DNA from: Pecten maximus
Taxonomy: Eukaryota
DNA length: 64,000 nt
Direction of reading: 5' to 3'
Assembly (NCBI RefSeq): GCF_902652985.1
Contig: NC_047023.1
Coordinates: 10,912,001 to 10,976,000 of the forward strand
The stretch's first letter is position 1, and each line of letters starts with the position of its first letter. Of the stretch, positions 1-14,329 are shown one piece after another. The notes beneath the pieces were generated by a model that searched no databases, had not been told where the DNA came from, and saw only the letters and a program-made list of their open reading frames with translations. The translations under genes were made by a program, and so were the position numbers.

Positions 1-679
1 TTGCATTGACTATAGGGAGACAGACGAACTTTGCAGAAAGGCCATTCATGGTGAACAGATTAGCCATTATATACGTCCAACATGCAATATAAGTTGATCT
101 ATCAAATAGTGATGTATGTCAGTATTTTCTTTGAAAAAAACTTAAATAATCCAATTTTTCATTTTGAAGTAATAAAAGCTCACCTACACCATTCAATAAT
201 TCTGCTTCATTGGATATTGATCAATTGATTTATTGATTGATTGTCTCGTGTAACTGTACGCGCAGCAAAACATAAAGATCATGTAGAGCCGAGGAAATGG
301 TCAGAGTCATGGTTAATGGAATAGGGTATGGTAAACGGCATCCGCAAGCGGATCCGAGGTACACGTACTGTGACAACAAAACTCATGAAATCTGAAAAAA
401 AAAATCCTACTGCTTTCTTGGCGTTTAGTTTAAAGTCTACGTTAAGGGCTAATGAGGTTCTTAATTGTCAGTATAGTCGTATCCAGATCTGTTTTTCCAT
501 TGTATTTCAGTATGATGCACTGTGAAAGGGTGCGAGTTCATGATATATGCTTTACCATAATGATTCCAATATATCGACGACGGGCAGATTACAGCTACAT
601 ATCAATGTCATTTTTACATCAAACTCGGGTCTATAGGTAATACCTACCCGGAGGATTTGTATTTACAAAGAACATTAAA

Positions 680-1056
680 CCCCTGCAGGAGTGGTAATTG
701 AATATGCCTATTGTGTTACGCTGCGTGTCGTAAAAGGCGACTAATTGAAGGGGCCCTTGCTTGGTCGGGAATGGTTTCCGAGCCAATGTCTTCTGTTCGG
801 GGAACAATGGGGATCCCTAGAATAAGACCTGCTGTATCAAACTGCATGTTGTTAGAAAAGCAAATAAATACTCTTTTATGACTGCTGTCTTTCTGTGCTT
901 TGTTTTTCTCATGTGTTTTTACCTGACACCCGAACTCCTAAGACCATAGCTATTGCGAGGACGTTAAACCCCTTAAAAAGAGAAAACAAAAGAAAGAATG
1001 AAAAAAAAAAAACAAAAACAAAAAAGCAACAAAAAACCAATCAAATAAACAAATAT
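680..1056 (+). mobile_element. Short non-autonomous non-LTR retroelement: structured non-tRNA 5' head, I-LINE-type 3' tail, A-rich tail
   Basis: Starts CCCCTGCAGG and contains GTCGTAAAAGGCGACTAA (727-744). Ends with GACCATAGCTATTGCGAGGACGTTAAACCC (~942-971), the same tail type as the SINEs at 2909 and 37684, then an A-rich tail. Possible TSD core AGAACAT at 669-675 and 1057-1063. Confidence 0.6.
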
Positions 1057-1639
1057 AGAACATAGATCTGTTTAAAGGACTCCAAGGTACCACTGTCGAT
1101 TTTCCAGCAAAAAGAAAGTGCCACCAGCGCCGATAAATATCGTGTAATACTAACGGCCGAGCACGTACTATCTCAGAGATTAAGCGTAGGCGTTTAACAT
1201 CAGTCGAGGTACTAACAAGTGTATGTACATGTATGATTTGATGTTTAAAATTTTCTCTTATCTGTGAAAAATACATTAACGAAGCTGCATGTTGCCTCAA
1301 AAACACAATAATTTGATCATCAGTTTGCCGAGCAAAGCACGTTTAAATATACATCTGGGTTGCCCTTAAACGGCTAAAAACACCATGACTTCCTATTGAA
1401 AGAGTTCGGTCCGAATTTCCGTTAGTGGTATCTGATACATAATTCAGTCGATCTGATGTTATCGCCCAGCTCACACGCCAAGGTAGACTGAAGCTTTGAT
1501 AACGATCATTCTTGTGCGTTTTACATGCCAACTTAGGGCTTTGTTTTATAAATACACTCTAAGAGAGCGTGCTAGAAAAAGACCACTATAATCAACGTAT
1601 TAATGGATTGACTTTTGTAAAATACTGTCATTGATAGCT

Positions 1640-2020
1640 TATTTATAAATATCCGTATTGTAATACTCCAATAAATATTCGTATTGAAATACTCAATAAA
1701 TACGAATATTGTAATACTCAATTAATACCCGTAGTGTAATACTCTTTCTCTCAATGAATACTCGAATTGTAATACTCAAAAAATACTCGTATTATTATAA
1801 ACAATAGATGCTCGTATTATTATAATAAATAAATAGTCGTATAATTGTAATAAATAAATACTCGTATTACAATAATCAATACTTACTTGTATTATATTAA
1901 TTAAGAAATACACGTATTAAAACCATCAATATATACTCGTATTGTAATTCTCAATAAATACTCGTATTTTGATAATCAATAATACTCGTATTGCAATACT
2001 CAATAGATAGCCGAATTGTA
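1640..2020. repeat. Degenerate ~25-bp minisatellite (AATAAATACTCGTATTGTAATACTC)
   Basis: TACTCGTATT recurs at ~25-bp spacing (e.g. 1934, 1959); about 15 diverged copies. Confidence 0.85.
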
Positions 2021-2908
2021 TATACATGTATATGTTAATACATATTATGTTAATAAAGACTCATCCGTAAATGAACTGCAACACATTGCTTTCGAAAAAA
2101 AATGTCTTTGACATGCAATTTCCTGTTTGCAACCGCAAGTCACGTGATCAGCATACGTTATGTTCTGATAACAGTTATTGAGGTGTGGTTCTCCTATTTA
2201 TGTAGAAGTTACCATCAGGCATCATGCTTCGCTTGCAAGACTGAAAGAGGTCGATGAACTATGAACAGGACACTCCTCGAAACCCAACGGTTCTGCTTGA
2301 TATACGTATACCCCAATTAATTCTTAATAGTCATGTCAAAATCTGAAGTTCTGTACACGCGTCTTCGTTGAGGTGCATGCACGTAGTTTAATTATTTTGG
2401 AAGGGTTACGCAATCCTGATCAATGCTGATTAAATGGCATAGGTTGCCACCTTGACGGTAAAAATGACCAGCTTTGGTTTGGCTGTTCAAAGAACGGTAA
2501 ACGTTATTAGCTTTGATTAAGTGTTCAAAGGGCTTATTTCCATTATCCTCGTGCTTTCTCTGTGTGTAATCAAGCTGATGATTAATAGTGATCCTTTGAT
2601 GTTTAAATGAAATGTTACAAAAGGTGAAGTATAACAGGCCAAGGAAACAGTCTGAGTTTCGGAGATGATCGGGACGAAATATTCTGCAAGTATTAATTCA
2701 GCCATTACTTGACGTAATCTTGACGTGCACGTTTCTGTTTTTACCACGCTCCTTAGCGTTATCATATTCCTAATGTCAGACGCCGCAACGAAATAAACTA
2801 AATATCACGTTTCGAGGTTCATTTTAGAAAAGAATTAATACAAATCACGGAGATAAAAAAAAAATACATAAATACATTATGAAAATATGATTTGACGCTA
2901 CAAATTAC

Positions 2909-3138
2909 TTTGTTTTTTTTCTGTTTAACGTCCTATTAACAGCCAGGGACATTTAAGGACGTGCCTGGTTTTTGAGGAGGAAGAGGAAACAAGGAGTTCC
3001 CGGGAAAAAACAACCGGCCTACAGTCGGTACCAGGCAACTGCCCTACGAGGGATTTCGAACTTGCGATCCAGAGGTGGTGGGCTAGTAATTATATAATTG
3101 AGTGTCAGAATACCTTAACCACTCGGCCACCGCGGCCC
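2909..3138 (-). mobile_element. tRNA-derived SINE with V-type central domain (bivalve V-SINE-like), full length
   Basis: Minus strand reads GGGCCGCGGTGGCCGAGTGGTTAAGG (A box), AGTTCGAAATCCC (B box), GTTTTTTCCCGGGAACTCCTTGTTTCCTC (V-like domain), then tail AAATGTCCCTGGCTGTTAATAGGACGTTAAAC and an A-rich end. Both flanks share TTGACGC (degenerate TSD). Confidence 0.85.
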
Positions 3139-5859
3139 ATTGACGCGCCAGAAAATATCATATTGATTAATAAGATGGACAGATCAAAGAAACATGTCAA
3201 ACAATCTTATATACATGTACATACATGTATCCGTGTACATGTACGTCTTCCCCTGCATGCAATTTGTATACAGGCACATTTGGGAGATATTTATTCGAGT
3301 GAGAATGTGGTTTTAATAAGCTATATGTGGACAGTAGCATGTGTAAGTGGTTGAACATTTCATGGTCGGTTATATTAAAATTCATTTAGTAGTGAACTTT
3401 TAAGATGAAATTCATAGATATGTAGTAAATACAGATGTTATATTATCGCACACGAATTCCGAATGTTTAATATATCTGATTTTTAATTTCAAAAGTGCAT
3501 CTTCTACAAACTCGGTCATATTATTAAGTACGTTTTAGTACAAACTTGTACCATGAAAGATAAAAAAAAGAAATTAAAAAGAGCCCTTTCAAGCTAACCT
3601 TTCATCACAATGAAATAATCTGATAATAAAATTACAAAGAATTGATGCAATACTGCACATCTGTGGTTAATTCCTTGCTACATTGTAATTAATTAACTCC
3701 ATCTATTAAGTCCTGGATGATAGCCCAGACGACTAAGAAACATGTTATACTTATTTATCAAAATTATGTCTAACACACTCTAAGTGCATGATTTGGGTAG
3801 GTTTTATAAAATATAATTAATTTGTAGCATAATGTAGTATGAAGCATGATCAGAAATAGAACACACGTATTTTGTATTGGTGAATGTCGTACTGAAATGA
3901 GCGGCAATATTGTAACAGAGCGATGCTTAAAATGTTTCAGTAGTTTTAGGTGTGATAATAGCTTATCATGGCTATTCATAATTTTGAATTTAGTGGTTTA
4001 CGATTTATTAATTAATTATTTAATTATTCTGTTTATTTATTCATTTATTCATTCATTTATCTAATTATTTCTTGTAAATAATATGCTGAACGGATATCTG
4101 GAAATTGCCACGTGTACTCATATGCTACACGTTTTAACACCAATGTATAAGATGAACATGCAATCAAATTATAATTGAAAAATAAACCAAAATATAGTTT
4201 TAACACTTTCATAGAATTGTATTAATATACATTTTACTAATCATTCGCAACAAGCTACAATTTTTTAGGAAATAAATAAACTCTTACTTTTTAATGACGT
4301 AGGTTCGCATACGGTAATAATAATGCAAGCAGTTGCAGGTATTTCTGCTTTAAAAAAAAATGAAATGTGTAATTTCCTGCCTGTAGTTATTTGCGTTTTT
4401 GTTTTACGGACTAAAACGTAAAATCTAATTAACTCATTAGTAAAAATAAAGACGTTGGTCTGATTAATGTTATCTTATGCCGGCATGATACCTAAAAACC
4501 GCCAATATATTAAAATGTTTTAAATAGCAACTACATTTTCAGCCGGGGAAACATGGCGTCTTCTTTAATCAGAATTACGTCACAAAAAGGGATGGTGTAT
4601 TTTAAGAGCCGCCCGAGGTTTCCAATTATGCCATTCTAAATGATAATATCATACGAATTAAAACACATTTAATTAACGAAGGCGACTTGCATCCTTATCG
4701 GTTGTCACTTCATCTGCAAGAGATACAGGCATGATGGATATATAGACATTATTGCATAAATGTATGTGTAGACATCGTCAATACTATCAGCGAACATGCG
4801 GGTATATGCAAGTCTGGTTCGTCGGTAATTTTCTCATGAAGCTCGCTCGAATGAAGTAGCTAATAAATATCAACTTGTAAGGATTTTAATCAAGGACATG
4901 CTAATGAAAAGAGCCAATCGTTCCCCAGTAGGATTCGGCTTTCTTTCGTGTTTGCTAGACTTGAGCCGAATGCGTTATATTATAAAGGAATTTCGCTCCC
5001 GTATATTTCTTGATATGCATCAAATAAAAATATATCAGCGAGGTTTGCTGGGATGGCGATGAAGATCGGCTTCTACAACAGCTAAACGGGCATGAGAAAA
5101 AAGGCACCTTGAATCATAGAGGTGTATACAAATGTTTCTTGTGAGCACTGTATAACGTTGTTAATAAATATACCAATGATGTGTAATATTTACTAATCAA
5201 AGTATCCTGACTCTAGACATTGTTACGTGCAGATAAAGTTTGGGTGTCGGAGCTAAAGCAGGGTAAACCACCAGGCACGTCATCAAAGCAATTTATTTGT
5301 GTGTTTGGTTGCTGGATTTATCGCCTCTTGAAGAACCGGGGTACTTTTTAAGTAGAATATATTTGTAGTAGTAGGTGACTACCTCACTGAACAACACACA
5401 TGATAATCGCCGCATCGTATCCAGAGCAATACGGTTAATCTGTCTTGCCAAAGTATACGTCAACGACAGCATCAATCGGCTTCCCGACAATCACAACTGC
5501 AAAATGGGTAGGAAGGCACCGCGCCGAAAACCCTATCTTGGAACAAAAGGAGAGACATCGTTACCATGGCGAGGTCGGAAGCAATAGCATGCGATATTTA
5601 ATGAACCAATAATCGGATGACACAGGACCCACTGCCAATCAACAGATACAGGAAGTATTGCCCCACCTCCTGGTCAAAACAATTTAAAACAGTTGCCTCA
5701 GGATGAATCATATGCCATCAGGCTTTAATCATCGTGTGCTAGAAACAGTGATTATTCTACCTTTTGTACTGGACAAACTTAAACTTAGCAGATAGGACAA
5801 TAACCTCATAACGTCATTTATAGACATTAAAGACTAACAAATGCCCTCAAATCATCGTT

Positions 5860-6455
5860 CATAAACTTAAGAGACTAGACAATATTCCCCTAGCATCGAA
5901 GTTAAAACTTACGATTATACACAATATTCCCATAGCTTACGAGATTAGATAATTTCCACAAAGCGTCGCTGGTAAACTTCCGGGACTAAACAATATCCCC
6001 AAAGCGTCGCTGTTAACTTACAGGACTAAACAATATCCCCAAAGCGTCGCTGTTAACTTACAGGACTAAACAATATCCCCAAAGCGTCGCTGTTAACTTA
6101 CAGGACTAGACAATATCCCCAAAGCGTCGCTGTTAACTTACAGGACTAAACAATATCCCATAGCTTACGAGACAAGACAATATCCCCAAAGCCTTCCTGA
6201 TAAGCTTACGACACTAGACAATATCCCCCAAAGCGTCGTTTATAATCTTACGACACTAGACAATATTCCCATAGCCTGGGAGACTAGACAATTTCCCCAA
6301 AGCGTCGCTGATAAACTTATGGGACTAGACAATATCCCAAAGCGTCGCTGATAAACTTATGGGACTAGATAATTTCCCAAAAGCGTCGCTGATAAACTTA
6401 AGAGACTAGCCAATATTCCGATAACGTCGTTTATACACTAAGGAGACTAGACAAT
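5860..6455. repeat. 40-bp minisatellite (AAAGCGTCGCTGTTAACTTACAGGACTAAACAATATCCCC)
   Basis: Near-identical copies start at 6001, 6041, 6081 and 6121, with more diverged or truncated copies on both sides. Confidence 0.95.
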
Positions 6456-6644
6456 ATGAACATATCATAATTTTTACACATACAAGACTATACAAAGTTC
6501 TCATATTAATAAACGCAGTTTCCAGATAATCAATTTCTTTATTGACTCTTGACCGCCTCATCAATATAAATTCATCCAAAGGAAACTGTTCAAAACAGTA
6601 GCGACATTGAAATCTACGCAGTGTCCACCACTCGAATGATGACA

Positions 6645-6760
6645 CTCTAAAAAGGCGCCATGCTGAGGACGAGGCTTTTAAAAGGCGCTGTACTGAGGTA
6701 CGAGATTCTAAAAAAGGCGCTGTACTGAGGACGAGGCTCTAAAAAGGCGCTGTACTGAGC
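6645..6760. repeat. ~30-bp tandem repeat x4 (CTCTAAAAAGGCGCTGTACTGAGGACGAGG)
   Basis: AAAAGGCGC..CTGAG repeated four times at 30-32-bp spacing. Confidence 0.9.
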
Positions 6761-9669
6761 GTCCGGTTGACTGTCTGCGGTGTCCACGGCATTTTTTCAA
6801 CTCTAATATCGACAACTTAATTGACGTTCTGATTTTTTGTTTGGTTGAAAGATGTCAGCTGACAAGCCTACAAGTGCCATCGATACAGGAACTGTACTTG
6901 TATACTGTCATTACGTTTGCGTTCTATCGGAAACCAGATCAACGTCACTGACATGCGAGCTTTCAAATAAGGACGGTATTTATCGCAACGCAATCTACAA
7001 CACATATATTAATACCTCGAGTGTATGCTCGATACTTATTTAGCATACAGAAAGTTATCTGCATTTAAAAGCTGTTAAAACATTCATAAACTTAAATCTG
7101 TACAATGATTTTGCGCAATAACTTGGCTTAATATATTATTTTAACTTCGCTAAAACAATGCGAAGATAAATCTAAGAGCTATCTATAGAATGATAACCTA
7201 TCATTGAAAGAAAATCAATTTTGCAAAAGAAAATACGTACTTTTAAATTGCTGTAAATGGATCTTCTAGCGCTGTGAGTGAGCACGAATATTTAGCCTGA
7301 CAAACTTATTGTCGTCAGTTAAGTTATAAATGAATGTTTATGATTTTAACCGTTAACATTATCAGCTTTACTGTTAGTGTTAAAACTGCAGTTCATGTGT
7401 ATCTAATCTAATATTTCACAACCGCGTATCAAAATGCCTTAAACACTGTAACTAATGTAATTCTTATGTACTTTATATATTCGACGATTAAATTTTACAA
7501 CATATGCCATGAAGCTTGTTTAAAAATGACTTTTATACGTTGTTTACTTTCCTTTGTGAATTAACATTTTATATCTGATCATGAGCTGAAACAATACACC
7601 TTTGAATAAAATCAAATCCATACGGTTATGGGAAGCAAATAGTCTGTAAACTATTGTAATAAACACTTGAATCAAATATGTTTATTAAAATATTCATTTT
7701 TTTTTCATAATCAATGTTGTTGATTTCATTCTCCGTGTTCTGTCGACTGTTAGGTCTTTGGTACAATCCTTTTGATTGTTTGATTTGTATTTAAAATCGT
7801 TAACGCTGAAAATGCCATGATTATATGAGGACGAGTGCCCTAAGGGGACATAAATAAAACGAAAAAGCGCAGAAAGTTATATAATGAATAGATAAGATAA
7901 AGAATGTCCCTCCTAAATGAAACCATACTTTTCCTCGCCTAATATGGTAAACATGCAGTTGGATATCACTGGAGGGAATACAATTGAGGTATGGTATTTG
8001 GTTATCCTGTAACTGGTAACCACAAACCAAGCAGAAATAATCGGTGAAAAATCATTCCAATTACTCCGGATCCCCATAGGTGGCCTCCCGTAACTATACA
8101 GCTGGCATTTCTGTTATGCATTCCTTGGGTCAACTCACACGACACCTCTTTTACTTACTGCACATATTGGCTGCAGTTAGCCATAGAATCAGCACCCGAT
8201 GCATGTATAGCTTTGTGGACACCCCTGTACTGTGTAGTTTTGCTCTTAATGACACTTTTTGTAGATAGGCCGTAAATTAATACAAAATAAAAGGCTAATG
8301 GCCTTGTAGGATTTTGCAAGTTTGTGTTCTGTCATTGCAACAGACCTATCAATTATTTTTCATTTTGTTTATATACAACACACACTATATCTGGTCAAAT
8401 GGTTGAATTCTATTTAAGCTGACAACACATACAAAACTGTCTTGTTAGTTTGTTGATCCATTTTTTTCTATTTTGTGTTCCCACACAGCGAATAGTTTCA
8501 ATAGTTTACAGTATGAGGCATAATCGGCGCTATATACACAACCAAACAGACTCTTTATCAAAATAAAATCAACCCATTTCAATTAATTTTGCCCTGAAGC
8601 AGTTAATATTTTCTTTATAATGTATTGAATGGTTCAATCCATAATGTAATATTTATATACGAAACCCAATCCTCTGCTTGTATTTACCCTTTAATTATAG
8701 AGAGACAGTAAGCTCTCAAGCTATTTAGGCAACCATTAAGCCTACATGCATTGCATGTTGAGGGTAGGCTGCACGTTATTTGTGATGGCAGATACATCTA
8801 CGATGCTTTGTGTAGCCTGTCGCTTATCATTGATTGTTTTGCCTATTTAAAATGCCAAACAACTTAGGATATCGTTAAGACTAAGATTACGTCGTTTCAG
8901 ATGTCAATTTCGCCCATAGCAGGTCCTTTTGCAAGAACATATATTTGCTAGATACCACTGCTGTGTTATACAAAAAATACTAAACTGGATTTGGAAAATT
9001 TTTGTTAAGGAATAATATTTTATATTGTTAAAGACAATATTACCAGGATTTCCAAAAATATAAGCTTCTCGCCTTCCACCGTGATATATGGTGTTAGCAC
9101 GGAACCAGAATGTTAGGTAGATGAAAAAAACCCTAACATGATCAGTTGCCATTGCGTAACCCCGATTCCATAGTATTGTTTAAGCAAGGTAGCTTAATTG
9201 GTATAACAGATTTAAATAATGTTATTAAGGTAACAAATATATTATATTTGTAATTTGACTGCCGGAAGAAAAACAAAAATAATAGATAAAAAAAAATTGT
9301 TAATTGCTTAGCTTTGAGCATAGTTTGCGAATTTTTTTTTTAAATACGCGTGATATAACCCATGTACTGGTTGTTGAACGGAGTTATTTTCAAAAGAATA
9401 TTAATCCAATTGGCTTAAATATTTATATTTTAGACGTACATGCATTTATATTAGTCCTCCGAAACAAAAATGTCACTTACTGATTGACGTGAGAATAAAA
9501 AAAAAATGCGGTTGATACGAGACCACTAATTGAGATTTACAGAAACAAAAAGAAAAGTAAGTTTCCAATCATTTCAAAGTGTGCTTAACATCAATATTGA
9601 TCACGGTAATATCTCCTAAGTAAAAAATGTCTAGAGGGCATTCCTTTTTCTTATGATTGGGTAATATGA

Positions 9670-9830
9670 TAGAGAAACCAAAGGCATTACAGACAATTTT
9701 ACAAGTCTTGCCTCAAAAGTTTGATGTAATACAGCAAGTACTTTGGAGATGTAGGATAGAAAACGTTCCCAACTCGTTCGTTAAAGCAAAAACCATTTTA
9801 ACTGTGTTTATAGGTGTACCAAAATAGATG
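9670..9830 (+). mobile_element. Highly degraded CR1-like LINE ORF2 C-terminal fragment
   Basis: Broken translation includes ETKG(I), KYF and ENVPNSFVKAKT, resembling the CR1 C-terminal consensus TRGH..KL..RK.FF..RV..WNSLP..VV.A.T..FK. Several frameshifts. Confidence 0.3.
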
Positions 9831-12800
9831 CGTCCATGTACTGTTAAGAAATAGATTGAAGCTTACACAATGAGATCATTGCTCGATCATAAACAACAAA
9901 CGAATGTTTGTAAATAGTAAGGAAGATAGCAGTAGAAGACTTGTACACTTAAATAGCTGTATATATATCTTGTTAACTGTATCACGCGTACATTAAGTAT
10001 AATATTAGCTAAATGATTAGCTATATAAACAGTGTTGGGTACAGAGAAACAGACATGTATACGTAATGCTCAATATTATTATTGATCACAATGCACACCA
10101 TGTAACATCCAGCGTAGTAATATTTGCACCAAATGATAGTTTATCCAATGATATGCGAGTTGATCCCATGTAAGATCCCCAGATAACCTTAAGTCTACAA
10201 CAAGCTGTGTAATAGGCATAATATCCAAACACACAACGCCTGTTACACCGCTCTTCTTATCGGTATGTGCAAAACGCTATTCGTAAGCATGGGTAGCTTT
10301 CTTTTGACCAAAAAATCAACTCGCATGGGACTACCAGTTCCTGATATACAAGTGAAACCTTACAGTGCTCTACGTTACCAGAAACGTTTTGAATCGTTTA
10401 CTATCGTCATTAACCATAGCGATGTTTTCTGTTAGAGCCGGAGAGCATTATAATGCAATTATAGACTTATGCAGTTAACACAAGCTGCAAAGACATCTAA
10501 TGGATTTAACTCGATACATGTAGATAGTTTCACTGAGATGCAAATGGATGTTAATGATCATTCCTATATTGTGCAATGCTTATGACCACTGCTTACATTC
10601 GGTATAGCCCTTAGTGCAATGTAAAGGGTGAACAATGTATTGTGCTCGTAAACATATTGAATGTAACACACAAGGATGGACGCTTTAACCATATTATGAG
10701 TGATGGATCCGTTGTCAGTACCCCGGTTCTCAGCTTGAGGACATGACATAACGTGGACTTGACCTAAATTGTCGATGAAACAGGGGATGTTAACCCTGCC
10801 AGAATACTTGGGTCATTATGATTGAACCATTTTTAAGGTCACCCAGTAAATGTGGGTTTTGTTATTGTTCTGACACAGTGTATCGATTTCGAGTAAGAGT
10901 TAAGATCTTAGTCACAAATCTGATAATTTTTTTATTTTGGTTTTAAAAATATAAACATCGAAGAGGTTGCTGAAATAATAATTAATGTTTGACGTGCAAT
11001 TGACACCATCCAAGATCCATGAAGTCTTACTTAACTAGATCAAGGAAGAATATTAAAAGATATATAAACATGTGCTGAACCGTTATATTTCTGGCGTAAA
11101 CCATTCCGTGTGAATATTAATATCATTAAATTAATGGTTTTAGTCCACACATAACATGAAGAATTCAACGTGCCGAAACCATGCTATAAAAATTCGTTAC
11201 ATAACAAGAATATTGTTTACAGCAGCCTATTTGGCACGTAATAAATGATATTACGCTAAGTATAATGCATTGATGTATGTAGACGTGAGTTCATGCTGAA
11301 ATCAACACCTACAATTCATTACGAGCCTAACGCAATTATATAACTTTTGATGATTAACAAATTAAATGTTATTATGTAGATGTGAAATGTGAATAGCAGC
11401 GAAAACCGATGGCTCCACAATTCATTTGTAAATATAATGCAAGCACATTATGTCGATACAGGTATCCAAGCGAATTTCAGTGAACGATTACATTCCAACA
11501 TAGCTTTGTACAAGTAAGACACACCCGTAGCTGGAACTTCATGCATGATTGATGGCAGTAGGTAAAATGTATGAATATACCACGATGAACCATGGCAGGT
11601 GATAATGATATACTGTACATATACCTTATGTTTAAGATAGTAGGACACATCCCTTTGCATCACTTGTCCCGCGGATTGTTAGTTCGAACTATATTTTAAG
11701 ATACACTGCATGATGTATTTTTTATAAAGAGGTTTCAATTCGTCTGGAACTTTACAGTACTGAAATTTCAATGATTTAAGTAAAATTATTTTTCTCTGTA
11801 TGACTCCTGGACAAACTGTGACACGGTATCATTATACAAATGTGAAGACAGACGAGATGCAGGTAACAAATAAGGAAATATAGGGACGGTTTCCAAGATC
11901 AATAGGCCAAGTGACAGACTCCATTGTGGTGCAATCACATTGCCATACAAAACCTGGTAAACGTGCAAGAAGCATTATTATATAATTCATACATACGGGT
12001 AACAGTATAAAAAAAAAATACAAAAATACAAAAATTTACAGATGTCAAAGGGTGATTTATAATATTTTGTCTACATAAATATGGGTATTCTATGTATGTT
12101 TTTATTAAATGTATTGGTAATCCTTCATTAAAGACATGAACATTTTGTTCTTGCGATGAAAGTGTAATAATCCACCGATTTGGTTCAGTAATACATACAA
12201 ATGAAACAGAGAACGCGAATTCCTTCAGAACACATGGTGTTATGTTCCTCGCTAGATGCACCAACGTTTCAAAAAGTAAATGTTATGCAAATATTTAACT
12301 TGTTTTTCAGTAGTAGCGATTCACGGTGGACATGAAAAGGTTGTCGATTTTGCTATGACCTTAACCGCCCATTGAATTCTACAAAATGTACCTATTGCCT
12401 TCACTACAGTCAGCTTTTCAAGGTCGCCTAGATTACCAAGGGCTTGTCAGGTCAAACGCAGGTCTGCAATTCAATAGCATGAGTGGTTGATGTCACTGCA
12501 ATTTCGAGATCTCTTCGGTAATAAATGTAAAACAACAAGAGGAGCCATCAGTAGATATTACATTGTGGCGCTCCGGGCAATTGCAATCGGTATTTTCTGA
12601 CATCAGACGATTGCCCGTCCGACAATGTTAAGTCAATAGAAGGCAATATAATTATGTATACGAACACAATTTGTTCACATACAATTCTTACTATCCGGTC
12701 ATGTATATTTCACTTATCTAAAAACAGGAAAGCATTAAACTGAGTTTGCGAAATTTCGGCAATTTAATCTGACCAAGCTCGGCCAATCATATTAATGGCT

Positions 12801-14329
12801 AAGGTATATCAGGTGGCTAGACTGCCTTCCCCAAGGTACGATAGTAAAGGCATTGAAGAAACCTGTACTCTTCTGACCAAATACCAGTAATTTTTGCGGC
12901 CATTTCGTACCGATATCTGGGCAGACTTTTTGTCGCCATTTCGTCACACACTATGACGTATATTTTCCATTACATGTCAGCCTTACACATAATTGACCTT
13001 GTCTCTTCATTCAATACAACACAAGACAACGTGCTGAATATACCAAACCAACAAGGGGAATAAGAATCCGACCCAGTAGGATTTCCATGAATCACTGGTT
13101 CTATGGGATTAGTGGTTTGAACACTTTATAGGGATAGAAAACAAATATGATATGTCCGTTTCTATTTGTAGCGAACAATACTTGTCAGTAGACGGCCAGA
13201 TTTGTATATAACGTCCATTAACCTCCAAGGAGTTAAGCTATCTGCCGTAGCAATACATTAGATAAATACAATGGCTCCACTAGACTGACAAACGCCGAAT
13301 GTCGCGTACTGGACACTGGAGACGGAACCATTACCAGGCTGGGGGCTTCTAACTACCACATTTCAAGATAAATCTGTGACCTTTCCCTACATTTTGAGAT
13401 TGTTATACCATCCCTTGGTCAACTTATTGCTTTTCTGTGAAAAATATCATATAGCGATGGCTGCTATTTGTTTTGCTTTTTGATATATCCGATATCGGAA
13501 TTTGCTTTTGATACAGACTGCAACTCTGAATCATATGTGCCTAAAAATGATACAAGCGTAACTTAGAAAAATTGTCCAAGTTTCCATTTATCATGCTTCG
13601 TCATCAAAACTGAATAATCGTAACACCATTGACATTCGCATCTCATCCATTCATATGCCTGATACATGATCTTGTATTTCCTTATGAAACGTATTGCCTT
13701 GCTGTTTATTATTAGGAGTGAAGAACAATGGACTAATTACATTAAATGATAATGTAGGAATCATATTATCAAAAGTGAATATACTACAATGTATATATAA
13801 AGCATGGGTTAGGTAGCCTTATCCTCTGTGTAAAAGTTGGGGTATTAGGGTAAGCTTGCAAGTGAGTATCGAACAGCAAATCTACTGTGACATGTAAATG
13901 AAAACAAAAAACACGTTCCTATTGAAAAACAAACTTATCGTTTGGGTAATTGATGTTGTCGCAGTAGGTTCACATATAGTTGAGGGGGGCATTATTATCA
14001 TATTTTGGTAAATGTGAAGGGACGAAACTGAATCAGTGTATCGTGTTTATACAAATGTAAATGCTGTGCAGTATGTACAATATACAATAAAAATGTACAT
14101 GTAAATGCCACCATATGGAACGGAAGCAAATGACTATTAATGAATCTGTTCAGGTTCTGGTGTTTGGTTTTGTGTATTATTGTTATACGCCCAATTAACG
14201 AAAATAAAAAAATAAAAAAATAAAGGACGTTTATTACTAATGGCTGGCTCACTGAATGATATATTTGCGCTACAATACCACCAATATACAGGGAAGTACG
14301 GCTCTTTCTGTAGTCACGTGATATTGCCC

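Noticed and set aside
3050-3138. tRNA gene
   Set aside because: A and B boxes are present but there is no complete cloverleaf, and it continues into a SINE body and tail.
3706-3753. Minimal hammerhead-ribozyme-like string TAAGTC-CTGGATGA-TAGCC..GACTA-A-GAAACATGTT-ATACTTA
   Set aside because: The core has an extra G (CTGGATGA instead of CTGANGA), stem II has a mismatch plus an extra base, and stem I is broken next to the core. At best a dead relic, and compatible with chance.
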